From assembly GCF_006345805.1 (NCBI RefSeq), contig NC_043000.1:69502001-69566000 (forward strand): a stretch of DNA of 64,000 nucleotides. The letters are read 5' to 3'. Positions 37,880-50,673 of this stretch are shown in pieces. A program made the position numbers and the translations under genes. The notes beneath the pieces were generated by a model that was not told where the DNA came from, did no database searches, and was given only the letters and a program-made list of their open reading frames with translations. Each line of letters begins with the position of its first letter. The first letter of the stretch is position 1. The DNA is from Octopus sinensis. Taxonomy: Eukaryota.

Positions 37880-40800
37880 ATTTTTATTTATTTATTTATT
37901 TATTTTATTTATTTTTTATTTATTATTTTTTTTTTTTAGGTCTAGTCCGGCTGTTATATTTTATTTCCTGTTACATTTCTTGCTGTGGCTGTGTAGTCCT
38001 ATCCTGGACAAACACTCCCTCTGACAGGTACTGCAAATGTAGCGAAGACTGTTCCTGGCTGGTTGTAGTGCCATGGTCTCTTGTTTATGTCTCTTCCTTT
38101 CTTTCCATTTCTCCTCTCTCTTTCTGTCACTCCTCTGTATACCCTCTTTTACTGTACGTCGCCATTCTCCACGGTTGCCGGCGACTGCCTCCCAACCGCT
38201 AATGTTGATGTTGCAGGCCTTCATATCCCTTTTGCAAACATCCTTGTAGCGTAAGATCGGTCTACCCACAGACCTAGTACCCCTAGCAAGCTCTCCGTAG
38301 AGTATGTCCTTGGGGATTCTGCCATCCTTCATACGGCTAACATGCCCAAGCCATCTCATACGTCTTTGTGTGAGGAGTGCAAACATGCTTGGTATTCCTG
38401 CTTGCTTGAGGACATCTTTGTTGGGGATATGATTCTGCCATTTGATGTGGAGGATTTTTCGGAGGCAGCGCAGGTGAAAGATGTTTAGGCGACGCTCTTG
38501 GCGTGTGTTATAGCGTCCAGGTCTCGCTTCCATACAGTAGAGTGCTGAGTACACATGCCTGGTAGATCTTCATTTTTGTGGTCTTGGTCAGCTTATTGTT
38601 GTCCCAAGCCCGTTTGGAGAGTTGGGCCATCGCAGCAGCTGCCTTGCCAATGCGTATATTGAGCTCAGCGTCAAGAGATAGGTTGTAGGTGACGGTAGTA
38701 GAGCCCAGATAGGTAAACTTCTCCACCTCTTGTAATCTGTGGTCTCCAATATGTATGTTTGGGATGTCCGATGTAGCCTGGCCCATGATGTTGGTCTTCT
38801 TAAGGCTGATAGCTAAGCCAAAGTCGTTACATGCTTGCTCAAAACAGTTAATGAGCCTTTGGAGGGCTTCTTCTGTGTGTGTTACCAGAGCGGCATCATC
38901 AGCAAATAACATCTCCTTGATCAGGACGTTTCTGATTTTGGTCTTGGCACGCAGGCGCGAGAGATTGAACAGTTTCCCGTCACTTCTACTGTGCAGAGAA
39001 ACACTCCATCATCTGATGTCTGAAAGGCATGTGACAGCAATAGTGAGAAGAAGATGCCAAACAATGTAGGAGCGAGGACACAGCCTTGCTTTACCCCGTT
39101 TTTTATTTGGAAGGCGGGATGTTGAACCGTTGTGCTGTATGGTGCCTTGCATGTCATCATGGAAAGACTTGATGATCCTCAGCAGCTTTGGTGGACATCC
39201 GATTTTTTGGAGCAGGAGGAAGAGGCCTGTTTTGCTTACCGAGTCAAAAGCCTTTGTTAGATCAATGAAGGCCATATATAATGGCATTTTCTGCTCTCTG
39301 GACTTCTCCTGAAGTTGGCGTATGGAGAATATCATATCGATAGTTGATCTGCTTCTTCTAAAGCCACACTGCGATTCCGGATAGATTCGAGAAGAGAAGC
39401 AGTAGTTGTAGCCTGGCCAGGATAACGCGGGCAAAGGTCTTTCCAACAGTGCTTAGAAGGGATATACCACGGTAATTGTTACAATCACCACGGTCACCTT
39501 TGTTTTTGTAGAGCGTAATGATGTTGGCATCCCGCATATCCTGAGGGGCTGTACCCTCTTCCCAGCACTGACACAGAAGCTCATGAAGGTGCCGAAGCAG
39601 GATGGTGTTTTTGCCGGCTTTGATGATCTCTGAGGGGATGCCGTCTTTTCCCGGAGCCTTATTTCTTGCTAGGGAGTCAACAGCCTTGGTGAGCTCTGCT
39701 ATAGATGGCAGACTGTCAAGTTCGCACATGACTGGCAAGATCTTGACACTCTCGATTGCAGCCTCAGCCACTGTGGTCTCCCGTGAGTAGAGATCCTGGT
39801 AGTGCTCCACCCATCTATCCATTTGCTTGCCTTGATCCCTGATGAGATCTCCAGTAGTTGATTTCAGAGGGGCTGACTTGGTTGCGGATGGACCGAGGGC
39901 CTTCTTCAAACCAGCATACATCCCACGGGTGTCGCCCCTGTCAGCAGCTGACTGGATACTCTGACAGATTTCCTGCCAATACCTATTTGCACAGCATCTG
40001 GCTGTCAGTTGGGTTTTATTTCGTGCCTTTCTGAGTTCTTCGAGTGACTTTGTAGAAGAGTCACTCTTGTATTGCACCAGAGCTGCACGCTTTGCTTCGA
40101 TAACTGGCTCCAGCTCTGAGAGCCCAGCATTGAACCAATCTGGGTTTTGCCTTTCTCTCATGCCGAAAGTATCCAATGATGTCGTATACAAGGCTTCCCT
40201 GATATAGTCCCACCTACTTTCAGCAGAGGAGGTTGGGCAGCTACTGAGGGCAACCTTGATAGAAGCAGCAAAACATTTTCGCAGTGTAGGGTCCGAGGTT
40301 CTGGCGGTGTTGATGCGTGGTCGGCCCACTTTCTTGGAGCGATGGACTTTTTTAGGGAGAATCCTCACCCTGCTTCTAATTAGTGAGTGGTCTGTGTCAC
40401 AATCCGCACTGTGGTAACTGCGGGTCAACAGAGTGGAACTCAGAAAGGATCTCCGTGTAATGATGAGATCCAGCTGATGCCAGTGGTGAGATCTTGGATG
40501 TCTCCAGGATGCCTTGTGGGATGGCTTGCTGGAAAAAAATGTGTTTGTGATGCACAGGTTGTGGTATGTGCAGAATTCGAGTAGTCTCTGACCATTGTCA
40601 TTCATGTTGCCAATACCAAAGTGTCCAACACAAATGGGCCACGAATCATGGTCAGATCCCACGCGAGCGTTAAAATCCCCTAGAAGGTAGATATTTTCAG
40701 TCGTTGGTATATTTTCTAGGACACAGTTGAGATCTTGTAGAACTGGTCCTTGGTCTCCTCTGAGCTGTAGAGAGTGGGAGCATAGATGCTGAGTAGATGT

Positions 40801-41765
40801 ACTGAGCCAGAAGAAGTCGAGAGGCGCAGTGAGAGGATACGCTCAGTGCCTCCGATGGTGGTTCTATTGAGGAGAGTAGTGAGTTTCTCACTGCAAAGCC
40901 AACGCCATGTTGACGAGGTTCTTCTGGATCTCTTCCCTGCCAAAAGAAGGTGAAGTCCTGCTCTTTGAGTCTGCCGTTTGAGGGAAGTCTTGTCTCCTGC
41001 AGCCCAGCAATATCTATGTTGCCTCTTAGTTCACGGTCAATGATGGCCGTTTTCCTTGTGTCTTCAATACTGAGAAGATCGTCAGATATTCCAGGACACA
41101 TGGTCCTGACATTCCAGCTTGCCAACTGCAGAACTGGTGTTTTCTTGAATTTTAGTTGCTTGCCTGGTGCAGAGGTTGCAGGCCGCTTTTCGAGTCGTAC
41201 TCTTAGCTCCAAGCACCCAATGGAACAGGCGGCTTGTGGCGGGTCAGCACCTTATTAACTGGGGGCTGCCCAGCTTGAGGTGGGCAGTAGCTAACCAATA
41301 GGACACGGAGAGTCCCTCCCACCGGCAGAGGTAACCCGTAGCGTCCATATTTTACGCCAATCTGAATGGACTTATCACTCGTAACTGTTACCTCCCGTGT
41401 TGTTTCTGCAGCTTTTTACAGCAGCACTGAAGTGTCATCTCCAGTTTTGCGCAGGCCTGGGCTATAGATAAGAAAGTCCTGGGTAGCCCAATCGTCAGGT
41501 TTCCTCTCTCGACCTTGCTGATGTAGTCCAGTGGAGTGCAGTGCATTACGTTTGGCACCAGCTTGGTTGCAGGAGCTGCCGGAAGAGTGTCGAATCAAAC
41601 ACTAGACCGCCTTCGGGGCTCCACTCCGGATTTCATTGAAGGTTGTCCTCCTTTCCGTAACCCTGGATAGGGGCCCATACCGGGTACTGTCAGCCGGAGC
41701 CAGCTGAGCCCGGAACTCGTGTCAGGCAGGGTCGTCACTCCCTGAAGTAGTGAAGAAGTTCGCTA
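37880..41765 (-). mobile_element. RTE-clade LINE, near full length (5' UTR, APE, RT, C-terminal C2H2), a few frameshifts
   Basis: LASWNVRTM, LQETRL, LGDFNARVG, DCDTDHSL, NYRGISLL, FIDLTKAFDSV, GVKQGCVLAP, LFADDAAL, LLYGSETW, CSTCQRECLSRIGLHSH; A-rich tail. Confidence 0.97.
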
Positions 41766-41986
41766 CCCACTACCTTTTCAAGTAATGTTAAATTATTATT
41801 ACGGTTTTTTTTTTTTTTTGCCTATGTTAAATTTCAACACTAATATTCACCATCATCATCAGCAGCAGCAGTTGTAGTAGAAGCAGCAATATCACTAGGA
41901 GGGAAGTGGAAAGGGGAGAGAATAAGAGATAGGATAGGTGGTGGGGGGTCCGGTATTGGTGGTGGGGGTGGTTTTGGGCGGGCGCA

Positions 41987-43558
41987 CAGCGAACAGGTCA
42001 GCCGGAATTTAGGGAGAATTAACGAAATTCTAATAGGTTGTTAGCGATGAGATCATTTAAAACTGTCAGTCCTAACGTAGTAGAGAGGGAGAAAAAGAAA
42101 AAAGGAGCAAAAATATTCTTAGCTTTGCGTATCGTCATCGTGTGGCAGAATAAAAATAAAGAATGGCCAGCGAACAGGCCAGCCGGAATTTAGGGAGAAT
42201 TAACGAAATTCTAATAGGTTGTTAGCGATGAGATCATTTAAAACTGTCAGTCCTAACGTAGTAGAGAGGGAGAAAAAGAAAAAAGGAGCAAAAATATTCT
42301 TAGCTTTGCGTATCGTCATCGTGTGGCAGAATAAAAATAAAGAATGGCCAGCGAACAGGTCAGCCGGAATTTAGGGAGAATTAACGAAATTCTAATAGGT
42401 TGTTAGCGATGAGATCATTTAAAACTGTCAGTCCTAACGTAGTAGAGAGGGAGAAAAAGAAAAAAGGAGCAAAAATATTCTTAGCTTTGCGTATCGTCAT
42501 CGTGTGGCAGAATAAAAATAAAAAATGGCCAGCGAACAGGTCAGCCGGAATTTAGGGAGAATTAACGAAATTCTAATAGGTTGTTAGCGATGAGATCATT
42601 TAAAACTGTCAGTCCTAACGACGTAGTAGAGAGGGAGAAAAAGAAAAAAGGAGCAAAAATATTCTTAGCTTTGCGTATCGTCATCGTGTGGCAGAATAAA
42701 AATAAAAAATGGCCAGCGAACAGGTCAGCCGGAATTTAGGGAGAATTAACGAAATTCTAATAGGTTGTTAGCGATGAGATCATTTAAAACTGTCAGCCTA
42801 ACGTAGTAGAGAGGGAGAAAAAGAAAAAAGGAGCAAAAATATTCTTAGCTTTGCGTATCGTCATCGTGTTGCAGAATAAAAAAAAAAATGGCCAGCGAAC
42901 AGGTCAGCTGGAATTTAGGGAGAATTAACGAAATTCTAATAGGTTGTTAGCGATGAGATCATTTAAAACTGTCAGTCCTAACGTAGTAGAGAGGGAGAAA
43001 AAGAAAAAAGGAGCAAAATATTCTTAGCTTTGCGTATCGTCATCGTGTGGCAGAATAAAAATAAAAAATGGCCAGCGAACAGGTCAGCGGAATTTAGGGG
43101 AAATTAACGAAATTCTAATAGGTTGTTAGCGATGAGATCATTTAAAACTGTCAGTCCTAACGTAGTAGAGAGGGAGAAAAAGAAAAAAGGAGCAAAAATA
43201 TTCTTAGCTTTGCGTATCGTCATCGTGTGGCAGAATAAAAATAAAAAATGGCCAGCGAACAGGTCAGCCGGAATTTAGGAGAATTAACGAAATTCTAATA
43301 GGTTGTTAGCGATGAGATCATTTAAAACTGTCAGTCCTAACGTAGTAGAGAGGGAGAAAAAGAAAAAAGGAGCAAAAATATTCTTAGCTTTGCGTATCGT
43401 CATCGTGTGGCAGAATAAAATAAAAAATGGCCAGCGAACAGGTCAGCCGGAATTTAGGGAGAATTAACGAAATTCTAATAGGTTGTTAGCGATGAGATCA
43501 TTTAAAACTGTCAGTCCTAACGTAGTAGAGAGGGAGAAAAAGAAAAAAGGAGCAAAAA
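41987..43558. repeat. Tandem array of 181-bp unit, ~8.7 near-identical copies
   Basis: cagcgaacagg recurs at 41987, 42168, 42349, ...; only scattered 1-3 nt differences. Confidence 0.97.
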
Positions 43559-43779
43559 AAGCCTATATAGTAAATGTGGTTTTATTAGGGCCTTGATGAA
43601 CTTAATAAATCAAGCGATCGATAATTCGTGGGAGCCAGTTTGAATAAAAAGCAATCAGTTTCGGTCTCGTTTTCAGAGGCAGAATCGTTGTTATGCACTG
43701 CAGTCATATCTGATTGTTGGTCAGAGCGATTAACCAACGACTGAACCTTTCGAGATCATGCATCCAATCTGTCAGAAAT

Positions 43780-43820
<41 letters not shown>

Positions 43821-44583
43821 TCTTCTGTATCTACTGGCTCTTGGGTTACTCCTGCGGAAACGAGAGTATTTGAGGGATATCCCATGTGTTCTGAAATAGG
43901 AGAAAGAATTAAGAGACGTCAAATGTAGAAGAATTATAATCTAGAAGGATTATAATTACAGTTATAGTTAATAGTTCCAATATTCAGTTTAATATTCATT
44001 TTGTGTGTTAATAAGTTTAAAATGGATTCTTTGCTCAAGGCTTAGTAAGTTCAGTTGAATGAGAGAAAGAGGTTAGGTTGCTGGTTCATCTGTTTCCACA
44101 ATGCTTTTTGAGTCTGTCTTGCTATCTTACTCGAACGATGTTCCGGAGATATTTATTCCCAAACGTTTTGAGTTTGTTGATGGAAACTTTGTAACTCACT
44201 ATGTTCCATACGCTTAATTTTTAACGATTCTGTGACTTTCCGAGTGAAAGCTGGAACATGGCATACCAAAGAAAACGTGGGGACAACTAACAACTGCAAT
44301 CTATTGCCAGAAATCTAGAGAGGTGAAGATCATATTGGTGCCTTATGCTCCTTATGGAATCAAGGGAACTAATGAATAAATGGATAACTAAGGTCACAGA
44401 GTCGTTAGAATTATTATCACTAATGCTATATAAGTAGAAAGCTTCAAATCATGTAACATCTGGCATCGATGAAATAAACAGTAAGCATGAGTTTGTCGAC
44501 CACATTTTCTCTACAAGCTTTGATTCGATGCCCATTAAAGAAAGCAACGTTATCAGAATTAAGAATCAAACAATAAGTAATAG

Positions 44584-44749
44584 TACTAATATTCGTATGA
44601 AAATGTGTTGCGATCAAGAAGGATATCTATGGATTCTAGTATATTTGTAAATTCTAGAGAATTTGAAACGATGGCATTTAAACTTAGAAATTATAACAAC
44701 TAACATACAGTTGCAATTCCATTGGTTGACCTATATATCAACGTTGTTT
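44584..44749 (+). repeat. 166-bp direct repeat, copy 1
   Basis: Matches 46303-46468 with 2 substitutions. Confidence 0.95.
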
Positions 44750-45410
44750 ACTTGATTTCTATTGATTATTAACAAGCTCAACATTGGTTAGGTGGAGCAT
44801 ATTACAGACACTTATTGTCTTCCTTTGTGTCGGGTGCTTCTGTTTCCTTCATTCAACTGATAATAGAACATTGTAACAGCCGTTCCTAGATGTTACGGTT
44901 GGAGAAAACTGACAGCCAGTATTTCATAAATCCTGTTTTTTTTTGTTTCTTTTAAGTATAATATATAACAGAGAGTCATGCAAATGTTTCATAGTTCCGG
45001 CAGAGAAGTTGGCAAATGCATTACTATGAAAAATGTCGAGGGAGATATTTTAAGTGCCATTATACTGAAATGGAAAAGAAGGAAAGTAAACATGTTAACA
45101 CATTTCTTCCGGTCTTCCATTGTCTCGGATGCTTCTGTTTCCTTCATTCAACTGATAATAGTACTTTGTAACAGCCGTTCCTAGATGTTGCGGTTGAGGA
45201 AAACAACTAACGTAAATCCGGTGTATGATGGTACATACATAGTGTGTTTATGATAAGTGGTAAAATATTACTTTTCTTTCGACGTAATACGGGATATCAG
45301 GAAGTTGCACTATTGGGATGATGATGATCTGGTCCTTGTTATACAAATACGCATTTATTTGAAGGCGTAACTAAAGGATATCCACTTAAGCACTTCGTTG
45401 TTTCAATTTC

Positions 45411-45447
45411 TATATAAACCCGCTTCAAAACATACTCAGGGTCAGTT
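45411..45447 (+). promoter_or_regulatory. Core promoter: TATA box (TATATAAA 45411-45418) and Inr (TCAGTT 45442-45447)
   Basis: Near-canonical TATA-Inr spacing, ~60 nt upstream of the signal-peptide ATG. Confidence 0.6.
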
Positions 45448-45506
45448 TTACATCAGAAAGCTTGACAACTGCTTGTTGTAAAAACAAATTATCTAAATCT
45501 ATCAGA

Positions 45507-45554
45507 ATGCTTCTGAAAAACACAGTCTTCTTTCTTCTTTTATTCATTCTGAAG
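45507..45554 (+). CDS. Secreted VWA protein, exon 1 (signal peptide MLLKNTVFFLLLFILK)
   Basis: Hydrophobic N-terminus ending AAG|gtaagt (phase 0). Confidence 0.75.
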
Positions 45555-45858
45555 GTAAGTGTCTTATATATATTTTTCTGTAATATCACTAAATGCAAAA
45601 TTATATATTTAAAATTGATATTTCATATGCACCATGTGGGACAAATTGAACGCAGAGACTTTTAGAAATAACTCTTAGATGCTCAGCCGGCTTCGTGCTC
45701 TGTTTAGCAATGTCCATTCCCAGTCGTAAAGTTAACCGAGTTGCGCTCTTTAATCAAACGTAGTCACCATAATTGGGTGAGAACATAGTTTTCTTTTTGG
45801 TTGCACGTAGCCAATTATTTAGATAACCCGTAATTGCAATAGAAACAGTTCAAATGTT

Positions 45859-45898
<40 letters not shown>

Positions 45899-46302
45899 TG
45901 TGTGTGTGTGTGTGAGTGTGTGTGTGTATCATAATAATAATTATGGTTGAGAGTTACGTACAGAATGGTGCACAGGAGGTTTATTTCAAAATTATCAATA
46001 TTTTTTTTATTTAAACTGAAGAACATAAATAATAATTTGGATATATCTCACTTAGTGAGATCCTTGAATACTCGTTGGAAGTCACTTAGTTTTTACTTGG
46101 TCTTCTTGTCTGAGTGACTAAACTAACGTAGTGGTTAACTGAGCTATAAGGTAGAGAGCCATTATATAACATTGCCTCATCAAAAGTAAGTAGTGTGTTG
46201 GTATACCATGGAATATGCATGAAGTTCGTATTTGATATATAAAAAAAAAAAACGATAGAACATGCACGCGTAATCACACCACTGAGAGCATATTGCTTTT
46301 TC

Positions 46303-46468
46303 TACTAATATTCGTATGAAAATGTGTTGCGATCAAGAAGGATATCTATGGATTCTAGCATATTTGTAAATTCTAGAGAATTTGAAACGATGGCATTTAA
46401 ACTTAGAAATTATAACAACTAACATACAGTTGCAATTCCATTGGCTGACCTATATATCAACGTTGTTT
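46303..46468 (+). repeat. 166-bp direct repeat, copy 2
   Basis: Matches 44584-44749. Confidence 0.95.
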
Positions 46469-46514
46469 TGAAATTCAGCATGTTCTCATACTGGCCAAAG
46501 TGAAGGTGAAGGTG

Positions 46515-46569
46515 AAGGATTAATAACTGTCGCACTTAGAATGTCTAAGTGCGACAGTTATTAATCCTT
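46515..46569. repeat. Perfect 26-bp-stem hairpin, 3-nt loop
   Basis: aaggattaataactgtcgcacttaga-atg-tctaagtgcgacagttattaatcctt. Confidence 0.95.
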
Positions 46570-46640
46570 TGTACTTATTAGTACTTAGGGTATCGATGAT
46601 GTGACGTGGTTGCTATTTCTGTATTTGCTATTTCTGTATT

Positions 46641-46687
<47 letters not shown>

Positions 46688-47969
46688 TGTTCGGACTAAA
46701 TGGAAAGATAGTGTTCATAGAATGGTGCTATAGTAGTATTCTGGAATATTGTGGATATGTTCGAATTGTTAGAAGTAATAATACATGTAGCGTAGCGGTG
46801 TATTTATGTCATTGAATTTGATCATCAATTGTCCGGTACTCATAAAATAAGAAACAGCATGTATATTTGGTGGCTGATACTTTATTTTCGTCTATTTCAT
46901 GTTTCTGAGTGGTTGCTAGGGTGTTGGAGTATTTGTGCAGCTGCGTTTAGGAAATAGTGAAAGAATGATACTGCGATGTCGTCTGAATATGAGTCGAGGG
47001 AAGACCGCGTAAGTTAAAAAGCAGAGAGTAGGAGACATATTTGTAAATTCTGAATATGTTGTTACCCTAAGCACATGTGATTGTTCGGTAGTGTCCATCC
47101 AGTTAGTTTTAAAAACACAGTGTCAGAAAGACTATATCACAAAATGCATCCATCTATTTTTTAAAGACTGTACGCTGTGATTTGCGTGGGATTTGGTTGT
47201 CATTTCTAGTAAGCTAAACGACCACATAGATATTACTTTGTTGGATTGATAGTAGCTATATGGTGAGTGCAGAAATCTTTCATTGGTGAAACCGCCATGA
47301 TAGTTTTGAGAGTAATGTCATGTATCAGTGGAATGGTCAATTGAAAGTTTATTGATTTCAAAAGTGTTTAATATAGATAGAATCAGATACTATAGAATAA
47401 TGGGTAAGCAGAAAAAAAGAATATTTCAATAATAAAAATAAAATAAAAAAACTTATCTTATTAGAGACCATTACCTCTAAGACTAATATTGAGTTGGACA
47501 AGTAAAGAGAAATAAAAAAACTATTGGCCAAAATTTTCAGCCTTCCAGAGAAACTACCGGAAATAAGTATGGTGGAAGACAAATGGAAGAAGAGAATGTT
47601 CTAGGTTAAAACCATAAATAACGGCTAAATAAATAACAGCAAAAGAGACCGATAAAATTTCTGGGGTCTATTTATCTTACTAAAGGTGGTGCTCCAGCAT
47701 AACCACTGTCAAATAACTGAAACAAAAGGGTAAAAGAGTGTGTATAATTCATGGAAAATAAGAGATGGTATTTTAAACTAAGGGTGCGTTTAAAGTAAAA
47801 GCTAAAGTTATTCTTTCGTTAGTGCATGCCAATTTAGTTAACCTGCAACTTACCTTAAGGTTTGGTGGCAAGAAGTCTCCTCAAGTCTCAAGAATCTTTC
47901 TTATGATTCTTGCAGAATATAAGATTGCATTTTTCTGCCAGTCGACAATGCGAATTTCAATTATTATTA

Positions 47970-48021
<52 letters not shown>

Positions 48022-48044
48022 CATCATCATCATCATCATCATCA

Positions 48045-48083
<39 letters not shown>

Positions 48084-48167
48084 TCATCATCATCATCATC
48101 ATCATTATTATTATTATATTATTATTATTATTATTATTATATTATTATTATTATTATTATTATTATT

Positions 48168-50150
48168 TTCATTTACTTTTAATCTGCATGTTTGATGCAA
48201 TCACTTGCCAGGGCACACCCAGCGCCCTAGGGCTAGTGAAGGTTAAGAGTTGTTGAAATATAGCTTGGGAGGGGAAGTTGGGGAGGGGAAGTAGAGCTTG
48301 GGGAGGGGAAGTAGAGAAATATCTCCATGTAATACAACACAAACATTTACATTGATAGGGTTTTTCTAAGGATGTGGGCAGTACTTGTTAGCACAATCTT
48401 TTGGATTTCCTTGAGACATGGTTCTCCAGGGATACTGTCTAGGTATTTCTGACATCCCTTTTTTATCATACCTAGGGCACCTACAATAACAGGAACAGTT
48501 CTTGTTTTAAGATTCCACATCTTTTGTATTTCGATTTCCAGGTCCTTATATTTACTAAGTTTGTCAAATTCCTTTACAGATACATTTTTATCAGTGGGGA
48601 CGCTTACCTCTATTAGTCTGCAGGTATTTTCCTCCCTGTTTTTAACAATTATGTCTGGTCGAATAGCCTTGATCGTTCTGTCAGTGTTGACTGGAAAGTG
48701 TCAATATCTAATTTAACAGAAGCTGTTTGCCTGAGCTTGCCTCTTACAAAAGTTGCTTTAGCACACTTATCAAGGCCAAAATCCATTCCGATATCATTGC
48801 TAAACTCTTTAACAGTTGTTAGCAGCGCTTCTAGCTCTTGGTCATTCCTGGCAAACAGCTTTAGGTCGTCCATATAGAAAAGGTGGTTTATTGACTTACT
48901 AAAAACTTTGTACCCATATCTGGTACTATCCAATTCGTTTGAGAGTGGGATCAGTGCCATGCAAAAAAGTAATGGAGAGAGGGAGTCACCTTGAATGATG
49001 CCTCGTTTGATGTTGATACTGTTGGACTGGCTCATCCCATTACTATGGCTTAGAAAGAGACGTGTGTTCCACATGGTCATGCTATTCTGTAAGAATTTTG
49101 AGACGACAGGAGATATCTTGTATATCTCAAGGGCCTTGAGTATCCATTTATGTAGGACACTGTCAAACGCTTTCCTGTAGTCTATCCATGCCATACTCAG
49201 GTTTTTGTGTTTGCTCCGGCAATTCTCTACAATCATTCTGTTTATGAGCAATTGGTCTTTGCACCCATACGAGTTTCTTTTACAACCTTTTTGAGTTTGT
49301 GGAAAGATAGAGTTTTGTTCAAGGAAACCGTACATTCTCTCCATTATTATGGATGTGAGGATTTTGTAGGTGGTGTTGAGACATGTTATTGGCCGGAAAT
49401 TCTTTGGGTCTTTTGTGTCTTCGGTTTTAGGTAATAGGTAGGTGGTTCCTTCAGTCAGCCAAGCAGGTATTTGCTCTGGGTTCTGAATGACATCAGACAG
49501 AGATGCAGCGAGATTTTCGTGTACCTCTGTCAAACAATTCAGCCAGAAGTTAGGGATCCGATCCAGTCCTGGGGTTTTCCATTTATGAGCCTTGCTAAGG
49601 ACACACCTTAGCTCCTCTATTCCTATTGCTTCCCATTTCTGTTCTTCAAGTTCATCCAGTCTCTCTTTCTCACGTTCTATCCAGTCAGCCTCAGCATTAA
49701 ACTCTTTTTCGTTGCTCCATACCTTCTTCCATAACTCCTCCACTTCCTCAATCTTAGGTGGATCTTCTATGTGTATTTTAGTTTTGCCAATTTCCCTATA
49801 AAATTTCTTTGCATCTGTCTTAAAAAATTTATTTTGTCGATAAAATTTGTTTCTTTTGTCATACCTTCTAAGCCGTTGGGCTTTCAACTGTATCCGTTGT
49901 TTCAACAGTTCCTTAGTTGCAGGGAGGTTTATGAGATCTTTGATTTTATATTTTTGCTTGATTTTTCTAGCTTTTCTCGACTTAATATTCACTACTCTAG
50001 CAAGCTCATCGAGAACTGAAACATCCGCCCGCAGAGATTTAATCTCTTTTTGTATCGCTACTTTCCACTTAGGAGGTTCATTGACATGCTTGGCCTTTTT
50101 CGTTGTCATCTTAATACCTAGTTGGGTAGTTACTACTTTAGCAGTGGAAT
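48168..50150 (-). mobile_element. R4/Dong family B, intronic, open 486-aa RT frame, ~1-kb internal deletion
   Basis: Near-identical RT to 33450-34140; junction ctggaaa|gtgtcaat at ~48697 joins RT to RLE. Confidence 0.95.
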
Positions 50151-50194
50151 AGATGAGATTTATTGTTATTATTATTATTATATTATTATTATTA

Positions 50195-50236
<42 letters not shown>

Positions 50237-50239
50237 CAT

Positions 50240-50338
<99 letters not shown>

Positions 50339-50364
50339 ATTATTATTATCATCATTATCATCAT

Positions 50365-50500
50365 AGCGACGGCAAGCCTGCAGGATCGTTAGTACGCCGG
50401 ATGAAATGCTTTGCAGCATTTCTTCTGGTTTCACAGTCTGAGTTCAAATCCCGCCGAGGTCGACTTTACCGTTCTTTATCTTTTTTGGGATCGATACAAT
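50365..50500 (+). mobile_element. SINE family 1 head
   Basis: ggcaagcctgcaggatcgttag..ctgagttcaaatcccgccgaggtcgacttt. Confidence 0.8.
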
Positions 50501-50586
50501 CACTTGCCGAAACATACTCAGCATCCTAGAGCGAGCGAAGGATAAGAGATGTTACAGTATAACAAATGTTACAGTATAACAATAAA

Positions 50587-50625
<39 letters not shown>

Positions 50626-50645
50626 TATTATTATTATTATTATAG

Positions 50646-50673
50646 GAATCAAGTCAGGTGTCCCCAGACAAAC
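50646..50673 (+). CDS. Secreted VWA protein, exon 2 (28-nt microexon ESSQVSPDK)
   Basis: tag|GAATC...AAAC|gtaagt; phase 0 in, phase 1 out, bridges exons 1 and 3 in frame. Confidence 0.6.

Noticed and set aside
41300-41765. HDV-like ribozyme in the RTE 5' UTR
   Set aside because: Known for some RTEs, but the nested double pseudoknot could not be folded by eye; needs a descriptor search.
41987-43558. CRISPR-like array
   Set aside because: Units are wholly repeated with no unique spacers; eukaryotic context with no cas genes.
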